Source: an uncultured Acidobacteriota bacterium (lineage in GTDB: Bacteria > Acidobacteriota > Vicinamibacteria > Vicinamibacterales > 2-12-FULL-66-21). From it: a DNA stretch of 64,000 nucleotides. The notes under the pieces are model-generated. The model ran no database searches, was not told the origin of the DNA, and saw nothing but the letters and a program-made list of their open reading frames with translations. Position numbers and translations under genes: made by a program. The stretch covers positions 65,606 through 129,605 of the forward strand of contig CAWDRS010000012.1 of NCBI GenBank assembly GCA_963804795.1, written 5' to 3'. Shown piece by piece: positions 30,936 through 39,679 of the stretch (the first letter of the stretch is position 1; each line of letters opens with the position of its first letter).

Positions 30936-31021
30936 CGATCCCAGGAGCTTTGCGAAGCGGCACCAGTGTCACATGAATCGGCTGTTAAGAATGTTAAACA
31001 ACGGAAGGGGGGAGTCCTGTC

Positions 31022-31049
31022 GGGATCAGGGATCAGGGATCAGGGATCC
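31022..31049. repeat. GGGATCA x3 + GGGATCC tandem heptamers
   Basis: gggatcagggatcagggatcagggatcc. The same unit forms the hairpin arms at 12818-12932. Confidence 0.6.
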
Positions 31050-31088
31050 GACAGCGGGAAGCCTCGGTCTGGAGAACCTTGATCTCGT

Positions 31089-31272
31089 ACGTATCTCACA
31101 AATGCGGCGCGAGCGAGCACCGCGAGCGAGCCACGCGATCGGCCCGCCTTCGCGCCGCAGGCGCTACGGCGAGGTCTCGCCGTAGCTTAAGCGGAGGCGG
31201 AAGCGCGCCGACGAAGCGGCGCGCGAGAGAGCGTGTCGGGGAGTCCGAGGGGCGAAGCCCCTCGGTTGAGAC
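31089..31272 (+). repeat. ~184-bp structured intergenic repeat, copy A
   Basis: Near-identical ends with copy B (acgtatctcac..aatgcggcgcgagcgagcaccgcgagcgagccacgcga and ggggagtccgaggggcgaagcccctcggttgagac). Internal perfect hairpins: CGGCGAG/CTCGCCG, GCGCGCCG/CGGCGCGC and CCGAGGGGC/GCCCCTCGG. Confidence 0.7.
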
Positions 31273-32274
31273 TAGGAGTCAGCGGCCTTTCGTCCGATCG
31301 GCAGCGGCCGGCCGCGTTCGTACCGTTGGACAGTCGCCGTCACGACGTCCGCGAGCATGTCGAGGAAGACCGGGTGGTCGCCGACCGTCCCCGCACGGGA
31401 GAGCGTCAGCCCGATCTCGTTGGCGACCGCGCCCGCCTCGGTATCGAGGTCGTAGAGCACCTCGATGTGATCGATGAGGAAACCGACCGGGCAAATCACC
31501 GCGGCACTCACTCTGCGCCCCGGCATGCCGCGGAGGTATTCGCAGACGTCGGGTCCGAGCCAGGGATCTTCCGGCCGGCCGCTTCGGCTTTGGTACACCG
31601 TCGCGTAGTCGAACCAGTTCGTCGGATCGCGGCCCTCGTTGACACGTGCCGCGACGAGCCGCGCGGTTTCTTCGAACTGCTGGCGGTACGGGTAACGTTC
31701 CGCCATCGACACCGGAATGCTGTGCGCCGTGAACACCAGCTCCGCGCGGTCCCTGAGCGTCGCGGGCAGGCGATCGAACGCCTCGGCGAGGCGCAGCGCG
31801 TTCGCGTGATGAAAGCGTCGTGGGTGTGCCAGTCCCCGACGTAAGTGACCTCGACGTCAGCCAGCCCTCCTTGCTTCAACGCCGCACGCGCCGCGTCGAC
31901 GTTCTCGCGGTACTGCAGGCAGCTCGAGTAGCTCCGGTGCGCCGCCGCAATGAAGCCGACGGCCCGCCTGACTCCAGCGCGCGACATCTCGGCCAGCGTG
32001 TCCTCCAGGAACGGGTGCCAGTTGCGCATGCCCACGTGGACCGGCAGCGGCGGCCCGCCGCCTCGAGCCGCGCGCGCAGCCCGTCCGCCTGCCGGAACGT
32101 CAGCGCCGTCAGCGGAGACACCCCACCGAAGAGCTCGTAGTGATGCGCGACCTCCTCGAGCCGAGCAGGCGCGATCCGCCGCCCTCGCACCACGTTCTGC
32201 AGGAACGGCCGGATGTCGTTCACTCCCTGCGGCCCGCCGAACGAGATCATCAGAACGGCGTCGAATGGAGCCAT
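31272..32274 (-). pseudogene. hemH: ferrochelatase; two frame breaks (~31740 and ~32030)
   Basis: MISFGGP, GMRNWHPFLEDTL, FTAHSIPVSMA and ICPVGFLIDHIEVLYDLD, spread over three frames. Confidence 0.85.
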
Positions 32275-32299
32275 GAAGGCGGATTATGGCAGGTTCCCA

Positions 32300-32385
32300 G
32301 AACCCCAGAGCCCTCTCGAACCTCGAACCCTTAGAACCCTGAACCGCGAACCTTTGGAACCCGAGAACCGTAAAACCCTAGAACC
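32300..32385. repeat. array of at least ten GAACC(C) motifs at ~7-9-bp spacing in the hemH/permease divergent region
   Basis: cagaaccccagagccctctcgaacctcgaacccttagaaccctgaaccgcgaacctttggaacccgagaaccgtaaaaccctagaaccg. Confidence 0.5.
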
Positions 32386-32402
32386 GATATGATCCTGCCC
32401 CC

Positions 32403-34881
32403 ATGGACACGCTCTTCCAGGATCTGAAGTTCGCTCTGCGTCTGCTCGCCAAGGATCGAGCCTTCGCGGCGACGACCATCCTGACTCTCGCGCTGTGCAT
32501 CGGCGCGAACACGGCCATCTTCACCGTCGTGCGCTCGGTGTTGTTGCGTCCGCTTCCGTATCGCGGAGGCCGACCGCCTGGTGTTCGAGTACGACTCGTT
32601 CCCGGGAGCGGGTGTCGAGCGCGCAGGAACGTCGGTGCCCAACTACTTCGACCGCCTCGCCTTCACCGATATCCTCGAATCGCAGGCGCTCTATCGCTCC
32701 AACGGCTTGAAGGTTGGCACCGGGCCCGGGGGCCGAGGACGTGCCGGCGATGGAAGTGACGCCGTCGTTCTTCACGCGTCTTGCGCGCTCGCGCCGTTCG
32801 CGGACGGCTGTTCACCGAAGCCGACGGCGAGGTCGGCCACAACCACGTCGTCGCTCCTCAGTCATGCCTTCGCGGCCAAGCAGCCCGGCGGAATGGACGG
32901 CATCGTCGGCCGAGACCTGCGCCTGAACGACGAACCGTATCTCGTCGTCGGCGTTCTGTCCGAGGGCTTCGCCTTCCTCGATCCGGAGGTCCGCATCTTC
33001 ACGCCGCTGGCGTTCGACGCGAAAGCGCGCTCGGAAGAAGCGCGCCACAGCCAGAACCACCAGATGATTGGCCGGCTCGCCGGCGGGCGCCACCGTGGAA
33101 CAGGCCATGGCTCGAATCGACGCCCTGAATCAGCGCATCATCGAGCGCGCCGGGCCCGCTCAAAACGGCACTCATCAACGCCCGCTACCGCACCATCGTC
33201 GTCCCGCTCGAGGCCGACATCGTTCGGAACGTCCGTGCTGTCCTGAATCTGCTGTGGGGCGGCGCGCTGTTCGTGCTGCTCATTGCCGCCGTCAACATCA
33301 CGAACCTCGCGCTCGTTCGCGCGAGCGGCCGGCTCAAAGAGGTGGCCACGCGCCACGCTCTGGGCGCCGCACGCCGTCGGGTCGCGCGCCAGCTGGTGAC
33401 CGAAGCCATGCTGCTGACGATTGCCGGCGGCGTGCTCGGCCTGATGCTCGGATGGTGGAGCCTGGGTTGGTTGACGAGCGTCGGCCTGGCCGATGTGCCG
33501 CGAAGCTACGAGGTCAGGTTCGACGCCGTCGTCTTCCTCTTCATCCTGGGATTGGCGTTCGTGCTCGGACTCGTCATCGGCGCGGTGCCTTCGATGCAGC
33601 TCGCAGGGTTGAACCTGAGCGCCGTGCTTCGAGACGAAGGCCGGAGCGGAACTGCCGGTCGAGGCGCGCGCCGCGTTCGACGAGGACTGGTCGTGACGCA
33701 AGTGGGGCTGGCGTTCGTGCTGCTCGTCAGCGCGGGCCTGTTGCTCACGAGCTTTCGACTGCTGCTGCGCGTCGACCCTGGCTTTTCGCCCGATCACGTC
33801 CTCACCGGACGTGTCACTCCACTCGAAACCAAGTATCCGAGCGACCCGTCGGTGCGCGCCTACGCCGCTCGTACGCTCGAGCGGATCCGAGCGCTGCCCG
33901 GCGTGACATCAGTGGGCCTGACCACCTATCTGCCCTTCAGCTGGGATTCGAGCAGCAGCGTCATCATCGCGGAGGGTTACACGCCGGCGCCCGGCGAGTC
34001 GGTGGTTTCGCCCAACCAGCTCGTATGTCTCGTCTGGCTACCTGGAGACGATGCGCGTGCCGTTGAGGCGCGGACGGTACTTCCTGGATAGCGACAAGGC
34101 CGATTCGCCGCGGGTGGTGATCATCGACGAGCAGCTCGCTCAGAAGTTCTGGCCGAATGCCGATCCGATCGGCCGCCGGATGTACAAGCCGAACAGCCCG
34201 CAGGACGTAGTCAAACCAGGCCCTGACACGAAATGGATGCAAGTCGTGGGCGTCGTCGCCGCCGTCAAGCTCCAGGGCCTGATCGAGGGAGAACGTGCGC
34301 GCGTCGGCGCGTACTACATCCCGCTCGAGCAGGAGACGCAGCGCGACGTCGCCTTCGCGATTCGCACCACGAACGAACCCGGCGCGATGACCCCACCGTG
34401 CAGCGAGCGCTCGCCGAGATCGATCCCGAGCTGCAGATGTCCGACGTGTTCACGATGCAGGAGAGGGTAGAGAAGTCGCTCACTCCGCAGCGCACGCCGA
34501 TGGTCCTCTCGATGGCGTTTGCTGTCGTCGCGCTCCTGCTCGCGGCAATCGGCATCTACGGTGTGCTGGCTTACGAGGTGTCGCAGCGCACGCGTGAGTT
34601 CGGCATTCGGATGGCTCTGGGCAGCGACGCGCGCAAGGTCCTCGGCCTCGTGCTGCGGGAGGGCGTCGTGCTGGTGGTCGTGGGCCTGGCCGCGGGTGTC
34701 GTCGGCGCCGCCCTGCTGCGTCGTCTGATTGCGTCGCAGCTCTACGGCGTCGGAGCCTTCGATCCGATGGTGCTGCTGGCCGTGACTGGCGTCCTCGCGC
34801 TCGTCTCGTTGTTCGCGTGTCTCGGTCCCGCCCGTCGCGCAGCCACCGTCGATCCCGTCAATCGCTCTGGGACAACAGTAA
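32403..34881 (+). pseudogene. duplicated FtsX/MacB-type ABC transporter permease (ADOP family); many frame breaks
   Basis: N-terminus DLKFALRLLAKDRAFAATTILTLALCIGANTAIFTVV. First FtsX block LLIAAVNITNLALVRASGRLKEVATRHALGA. Second FtsX block EFGIRMALGSDARKVLGLVLREG. Skipping a60 at 34860 restores the family-typical end VDPVIALGQQ-stop (TAA 34879-34881). Confidence 0.8.
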
Positions 34882-34999
34882 GGGCTGTCGTTCCCGCACT
34901 GTCGCGGCTTCGCCACTGCCATACCGGCATTGCGCTGGACTTCCATCTTCACGCCCGGCCGTCAGACCGGAGGGGTCGAGACGACTGCAGCGCACTAGA

Positions 35000-35180
35000 A
35001 CGTATCTCACCAATGCGGCGCGAGCGAGCACCGCGAGCGAGCCACGCGACCGGCCCGCCTACGCCAAGGCTTCGGCGAGGTCTCGCCGTAGCGCTTCGCG
35101 CGGAGCGGAAGCGCGCCGGCGACGCGGCGCGCGAGGGAGCGTGTAGGGGAGTCCGAGGGGCGAAGCCCCTCGGTTGAGAC
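35000..35180 (+). repeat. ~181-bp structured intergenic repeat, copy B
   Basis: See copy A at 31089-31272. Same termini and the same three hairpins; the middle is diverged. Confidence 0.7.
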
Positions 35181-35198
35181 CAGAGTTTCAGGGTTCGC

Positions 35199-35208
35199 CT
35201 GATATAAT
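35199..35208 (+). promoter_or_regulatory. extended -10 (cTGaTATAAT) close to the surE start
   Basis: TATAAT at 35203-35208 with TG at 35200-35201. The ATG at 35219 is only 10 nt downstream, implying a very short leader. Confidence 0.35.
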
Positions 35209-35218
35209 AGTGAACCCC

Positions 35219-36014
35219 ATGCCCCGCATCCTGGTGACCAACGACGATGGCGTTCGCTCCGAACGGCATCCACGTGCTCGCAGACGCGCTCCGGCGGCTG
35301 GGGGAGGTGATCATCGTCGCGCCGAACGTGGAGGCGAGCGCGATCGGTCACGCGCTGACGCTGCGGCGGCCGCTCCGGATGGAGCAGATCTCCGAGGGCG
35401 TCTTCGAGGTGGACGGCACACCCACCGATTGTGTGAACATCGCGCTCACGCAGCTCTTCGACGGGCGCCTGGACTTCGTCGTCTCGGGTATCAACAAGGG
35501 CTACAACATCGGCGACGACATCACCTATTCGGGAACGGTGGCGGGGGCGATGGAAGGGGCCCTGCTGGGGATTCCGAGCGTGGCGGTATCGCTGGAGCGG
35601 AGCGTGGGCACCTACGATTTCGATCCGGCGGCGGCAGCCGCGGCGACCGTCGTCGAAGCCGCGCTGCGCGGCGGGCTGCCGGCCCGGACGTTCCTCAATC
35701 TCAACGTGCCGCCGGGGCAGCCGAAGGGCCTGCGCGTCACGTTCCAGGCCAAACGCAACCACGTCACCGTCGTCGATCACCGCGAGGACCCGCGCGGCCG
35801 TCCGTATTACTGGATCGAGGAAGGGGAGAACGAGTGGGAGCCGCACGACCGGTCGGACTACCAGGCCGTCAAGGACGGCTTCGTGTCGGTGACGCCGCTG
35901 CAGGTCGACCTGACGGCATATGCGGCCATCGGGCTCGTCGAGACGCTGCTCGGTCAGCAGCTGTCGGAGCGTGGCGAACAGTTGTTGCTGGATCCTCGCG
36001 TTGAGGTAGAATAG
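35219..36014 (+). pseudogene. surE: 5'/3'-nucleotidase SurE; single-base frame break at ~35252
   Basis: MPRILVTNDDG, then removing g35252 gives FAPNGIHVLADAL... Also GINKGYNIGDDITYSGTVAGAMEG. Confidence 0.85.
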
Positions 36015-36028
36015 TCGTTCACGTCTGT

Positions 36029-36105
36029 CGGGGCGTGGCTCAGCCTGGTAGAGCACTCGGTTCGGGACCGAGGGGTCGGTGGTTCGAATCCACTCGCCCC
36101 GACCA
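36029..36105 (+). tRNA. tRNA-Pro (anticodon CGG)
   Basis: Acceptor stem CGGGGCG/CGCCCCG, discriminator A and an encoded CCA. D-loop GCTCAGCCTGGTAGAGC. Anticodon stem-loop CTCGG-TTCGGGA-CCGAG. T-arm GGTGGTTCGAATCCACT. Confidence 0.95.
36057..36105 (+). repeat. attL-like 49-bp direct repeat (3' part of tRNA-Pro, from the anticodon stem to CCA)
   Basis: tcggttcgggaccgaggggtcggtggttcgaatccactcgccccgacca is identical to 58243-58291. Confidence 0.85.
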
Positions 36106-36709
36106 CTTTTCCTCGCAGATTCCTCCGGTTTTTGTCGTGGCATCTCGGTTGCTGTCAGGTCGTGTCGGGCAGCGTTGAGCACATTTTGAGCACGTTCGGT
36201 TCGCTGGATGTGCTTCAAGGCTTCGCGAACACGCGCGACCCGACCGGTCGCGGCGCTCCTTCATTCGCAACATCCATCCCGACAGCAGTAGTCCAGTCGC
36301 TTCGTTCATCGGCGTCATCTGCATGTACGCCTTCCCGCATACTCGGCATTCACGGGTCAACGTGAAGCTCGCTGGAGAATCCTCCCAAATCGTCCGTGAC
36401 GGTAAGTAGCTTCCACGCCGCACTTCTCGCACGGCGCATTCTTCGTGGGTGGTTTGGTCATACCCCTCACTGGGATGCCTTCTTGGCGGACCCTTTTGAC
36501 CCTGCTCGTCTCTCGTCCAGCCGGTCCAGCCTTGAACGGCACCCCTGTTTGTTAACGGCTCCAACTCAGCGGGACACCGTACCAATCGCGAAACCCATCT
36601 ATTGAGTCCCAGATATGCGCCTGATTTGAAGCCGACCCACAACATGTCGTGCTTTTCCCTGAACAGTCGTGGTAACGTATCTGACCCGAAAAAAAGGCGA
36701 ACCCCCACC

Positions 36710-38158
36710 ATGACGAACCGCGCGCTCGTCTTCGTGAGCCATGCGAATCCTGAAGACAACGTCTTCAGCCGGTGGCTCTCCCTCAAGCTCGCAGCCGCGG
36801 GCTATCAAGTTTGGTCCGACGTCACAAAGCTACTGGGTGGCGAGGATTTCTGGCGTGATATCGAACCCGCCATACGCGACGGTTCAATCAAGTTTCTGTA
36901 CGTCCTCTCGCGTGCATCGAATACCAAAGTCGGTGCTCTGAAGGAACTCCGAGTCGCGCACGCGACCGCGAAGAAACAGCTACTCAAGGACTTCGTCATC
37001 CCGCTCCGCATCGATGACCTGCCACACGACGAAATCAACATCGAAATCGGACGGCTGAACGTCATTGAATTCGGCGGCAGTTGGGCAGCGGGATTGAAGC
37101 AGCTTCTAAAGAAGCTGGCAGCGGAAGGCGTTCCAAAGAGCGCAGCAAGTGGTCCAGACGTCGTACGCCAGTGGTGGGGTCGCGAGTTCGCCGCCGACAC
37201 CGGGGTCACCGAAGAACCGGAAGTTCACTACTCCAACTGGTTTCCGATTGAGCTACCGAAGCGAATCTATCGGTACTCGTCAATCGGGTTGGTCAACGAA
37301 CACGAAGACCCTGAATGGTCGTTCCCAACCCGATGGCACAACTACCGGCTCGTGACGTTTGCCTCCGCGGCAGACGTCGAACCCGGTCTTGGTTCTCTTA
37401 AGATTCAGCATGCAGAGCAGCGCGAGACGGCGTTGTTCCTGTCTGAAGAGAGTGCTGAGCGCCGTGACCGGCAGAACATTGTCACGGCGATGTTGAACGA
37501 TGCATGGGAGCAGTTCGCACTGTCGCGCGGACTCAAGAGGTATGAGATGGCGAACGGGAAGCCCGCCTTCTACTTCGACCTCGATGTGCTTCCAACCGGT
37601 GACGTGTGGTTCACGTCCGTTGAAGGGAAGAAAACGTTTCGGGGGTTGATGGGGTACAAGACGCGGAAGCCGCGTCCGGGCGTCGACCCGAACGCAGCCC
37701 CGACCCTTCGGCACTGGCATTTTGCGGTGAGCGCACGAACGGCACTGCACCCGTTCCCGATGCTTCAACTCCGTGCCCACGTGCTGTTCTCCGACGACGG
37801 ACGCAACGTGTGGTCTGCGCCAACCGCGAAGGGGCGCGAACGGGTACTGCGAGCGATGCATCGCACCCGTCGTAGCCAGTGCAAGCAGTGGTGGAACGAC
37901 GATTGGCGTGACCGGATTTTGGCGACGATGGCGTGGCTTGTGGGAGACGCGCTAACGCTGGACCTCCCGTTGTCTCTTGGTACCGCGGTCGCCGCGGTCA
38001 ATCCCCGCCCGGTGGAATTCGTCAGTCCGGTGAAATTGCGCGAACCCCGCGCCACAATTGCTGAGCCCACGCCGGACGAAGTCGATGAGGATGAGGATGA
38101 CGACGAGGATGCGATAGAGGACGTCCAGACCTCCGAAGCAGTGAAGGTGGAGAAGTGA
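36710..38158 (+). CDS. TIR-APAZ protein (SPARTA effector subunit)
   Basis: The TIR N-terminus reads ALVFVSHANPEDNVFSRWLSLKLAAAGYQVWSDV...FWRDIEPAIRDGSIKFLYVLS. A conserved Glu sits in GALKELRVA (codon 36944-36946). APAZ-like motifs: NWFPIELP, WHFAVSARTALHPFPML and KQWWNDDWRDRILA. Acidic tail DEVDEDEDDDEDAIED. Confidence 0.9.
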   Translation: MTNRALVFVSHANPEDNVFSRWLSLKLAAAGYQVWSDVTKLLGGEDFWRDIEPAIRDGSIKFLYVLSRASNTKVGALKELRVAHATAKKQLLKDFVIPLRIDDLPHDEINIEIGRLNVIEFGGSWAAGLKQLLKKLAAEGVPKSAASGPDVVRQWWGREFAADTGVTEEPEVHYSNWFPIELPKRIYRYSSIGLVNEHEDPEWSFPTRWHNYRLVTFASAADVEPGLGSLKIQHAEQRETALFLSEESAERRDRQNIVTAMLNDAWEQFALSRGLKRYEMANGKPAFYFDLDVLPTGDVWFTSVEGKKTFRGLMGYKTRKPRPGVDPNAAPTLRHWHFAVSARTALHPFPMLQLRAHVLFSDDGRNVWSAPTAKGRERVLRAMHRTRRSQCKQWWNDDWRDRILATMAWLVGDALTLDLPLSLGTAVAAVNPRPVEFVSPVKLREPRATIAEPTPDEVDEDEDDDEDAIEDVQTSEAVKVEK

Positions 38159-39675
38159 GCCGTCTTCCACTGCTCAAATTGACGGAACCGAGGCTGCGAT
38201 TCGGGTTCGAACAGGCGTTGGAAGACCCACGCGATGGACTGACGCTGTTCGGACCACTTGACGAGAGCAAGGTGTTCGCCGTTCGTCCCGCAGTCGTCGG
38301 TACTCCGGATGGCATCCGCCGTTTCCGGCGTTGGCTGGACGAAATTCAGCGACCCATTGACGACGCTAAGACTTCGCGCCCGCCGTATCCGGGATTCGAA
38401 GCCGCCTTCAACGTGCCGTTCAGCACGAAGCCGGTCTTCGAAATCCCACTGAACGAACGCGAACTGATTGACGCGTGCCACATCGAAGACCAGCATCAAC
38501 GTGTTCATCGCGTCGTGCAGTTGTACTCGGAGCCGATTAGGAATGTGGTCAAGGACGATGAAGCTGAAGCCGATGTATGGTTCGTCATCGTCCCTGAGGA
38601 AGTTTACGTAAGCTGCCGTCCTGAGTCCGTTGTCCCGAAAAGTCTGCGGACTCCCTTGGAAGGCGCCATCAGCGCCCGCATCGCACGAAAGCTGCTGTCA
38701 ACGCCGAGCTTCTTTCCAGACTTGAATGAGGACGCCACACCGTACAGATACCAACCGCATTTCCACAATCAATTGAAGGCACGGTTGCTTGACGTGGGTG
38801 TGCCGACGCAGGTCATTCGGGAAACGACCATCGCGCCGACCGACTTCTTGAACGTTGCCGGACATCCGAAGCGGCGCGTTGGACTGCGTTCTGAGATTGC
38901 GTGGAATCTCTGCACGACGGCGTTTTATAAGGCGGGCGCGCGACCGTGGAAGCTCGCAGATATCCGTCCGGGTGTGTGCTACCTCGGCATCGTGTTCAAG
39001 CAAGACGACGCGAGTCCGAACAAGGGATGGGCCTCCTGCGGGGCGCAGATGTTTCTTGATTCCGGTGACGGGCTCGTGTTCAAGGGCACGGGCGGACCGT
39101 GGTACTCCGCATCAACGCACAGCTTTCACTTGAACGAAGAGGCAGCGCGCGAACTCGTGGAGACAGCCGTGCGCGAGTACGCCATTCGTGTCGGTAAGCC
39201 GCCGGATGAACTCTTCATTCACGGGAAGGCGCGCTTTGACGACACGGAGTGGCGTGGTTTTCGCGCTGGAGCGTCAGACGGCACCCGCGTTGTTGGCGTT
39301 CGAATTCGGTTAGCGGAGGACCTGAGAATCTACCGTCCCGGTCGTCATGCGATTCTTCGGGGACTCGCGCACATCCGGGACGAGCGGACAGGGTTCCTGT
39401 GGGCGAACGGCTTCATCCCACGTCTCCAGACATATCCCGGACGCGAAGTGCCTCGTGGATTGTTAGTAGACGTCTGCCGTGGGCACGCGGACATTCGAAC
39501 CGTGCTGAACGACGTCTACGCGCTGACGAAGTTGAATTACAACGCCTGCGTCTACGGAGATGGGGAACCCGTCACTCTGAGCTTTGCCGACGCGGTCGGA
39601 GAGATTCTGACCGCGGGACCCGTGTCGGGTGCGCCACTGCCATTCAAGCTTGTACATCTGACGCCAACCTGTTAG
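38155..39675 (+). CDS. short prokaryotic Argonaute (MID-PIWI only; SPARTA sensor subunit)
   Basis: The GTG start overlaps the TIR-APAZ stop (GTGA). Motifs: DGLTLFGPL, PYPGFEAAFN, DVWFVIVPEEVYVSCRP, FHNQLKARLLDVGVPTQVIRETT, IAWNLCTTAFYKAGARPWKL, CGAQMFLDSGDGLVFKG and LTKLNYNACVYGDGEPVTLSFADAVGEILTAGP. At 506 aa there is no room for N/PAZ lobes. Confidence 0.9.
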   Translation: MSRLPLLKLTEPRLRFGFEQALEDPRDGLTLFGPLDESKVFAVRPAVVGTPDGIRRFRRWLDEIQRPIDDAKTSRPPYPGFEAAFNVPFSTKPVFEIPLNERELIDACHIEDQHQRVHRVVQLYSEPIRNVVKDDEAEADVWFVIVPEEVYVSCRPESVVPKSLRTPLEGAISARIARKLLSTPSFFPDLNEDATPYRYQPHFHNQLKARLLDVGVPTQVIRETTIAPTDFLNVAGHPKRRVGLRSEIAWNLCTTAFYKAGARPWKLADIRPGVCYLGIVFKQDDASPNKGWASCGAQMFLDSGDGLVFKGTGGPWYSASTHSFHLNEEAARELVETAVREYAIRVGKPPDELFIHGKARFDDTEWRGFRAGASDGTRVVGVRIRLAEDLRIYRPGRHAILRGLAHIRDERTGFLWANGFIPRLQTYPGREVPRGLLVDVCRGHADIRTVLNDVYALTKLNYNACVYGDGEPVTLSFADAVGEILTAGPVSGAPLPFKLVHLTPTC

Positions 39676-39679
39676 GTGT

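Noticed and set aside
35007-36218. A 403-aa minus-strand ORF covering surE and tRNA-Pro.
   Set aside because: It is antisense to surE (clear SurE motifs on the plus strand) and runs through a tRNA gene and a repeat element. It is a shadow ORF.
36357-36470. A small minus-strand ORF, MTKPPTKNAPCEKCGVEATYRHGRFG.., with a second CxxC (ECRVCGKAY) in the adjacent frame. It could be an Ogr/Delta-like zinc-ribbon regulator divergent from SPARTA.
   Set aside because: It needs an assumed frameshift to join the two Cys pairs. It has no RBS and is very short. This is too speculative to call as a feature but is worth a profile search.
36040-36786. A 248-aa minus-strand ORF next to and overlapping tRNA-Pro, inspected as a possible integrase or integrase remnant.
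   Set aside because: It has no tyrosine- or serine-recombinase motifs (no R..HxxR..Y pattern). It overlaps the tRNA gene and the TIR-APAZ start, and the sequence is not protein-like. No integrase-like segment was found in any frame of 36106-36709 or near attR.
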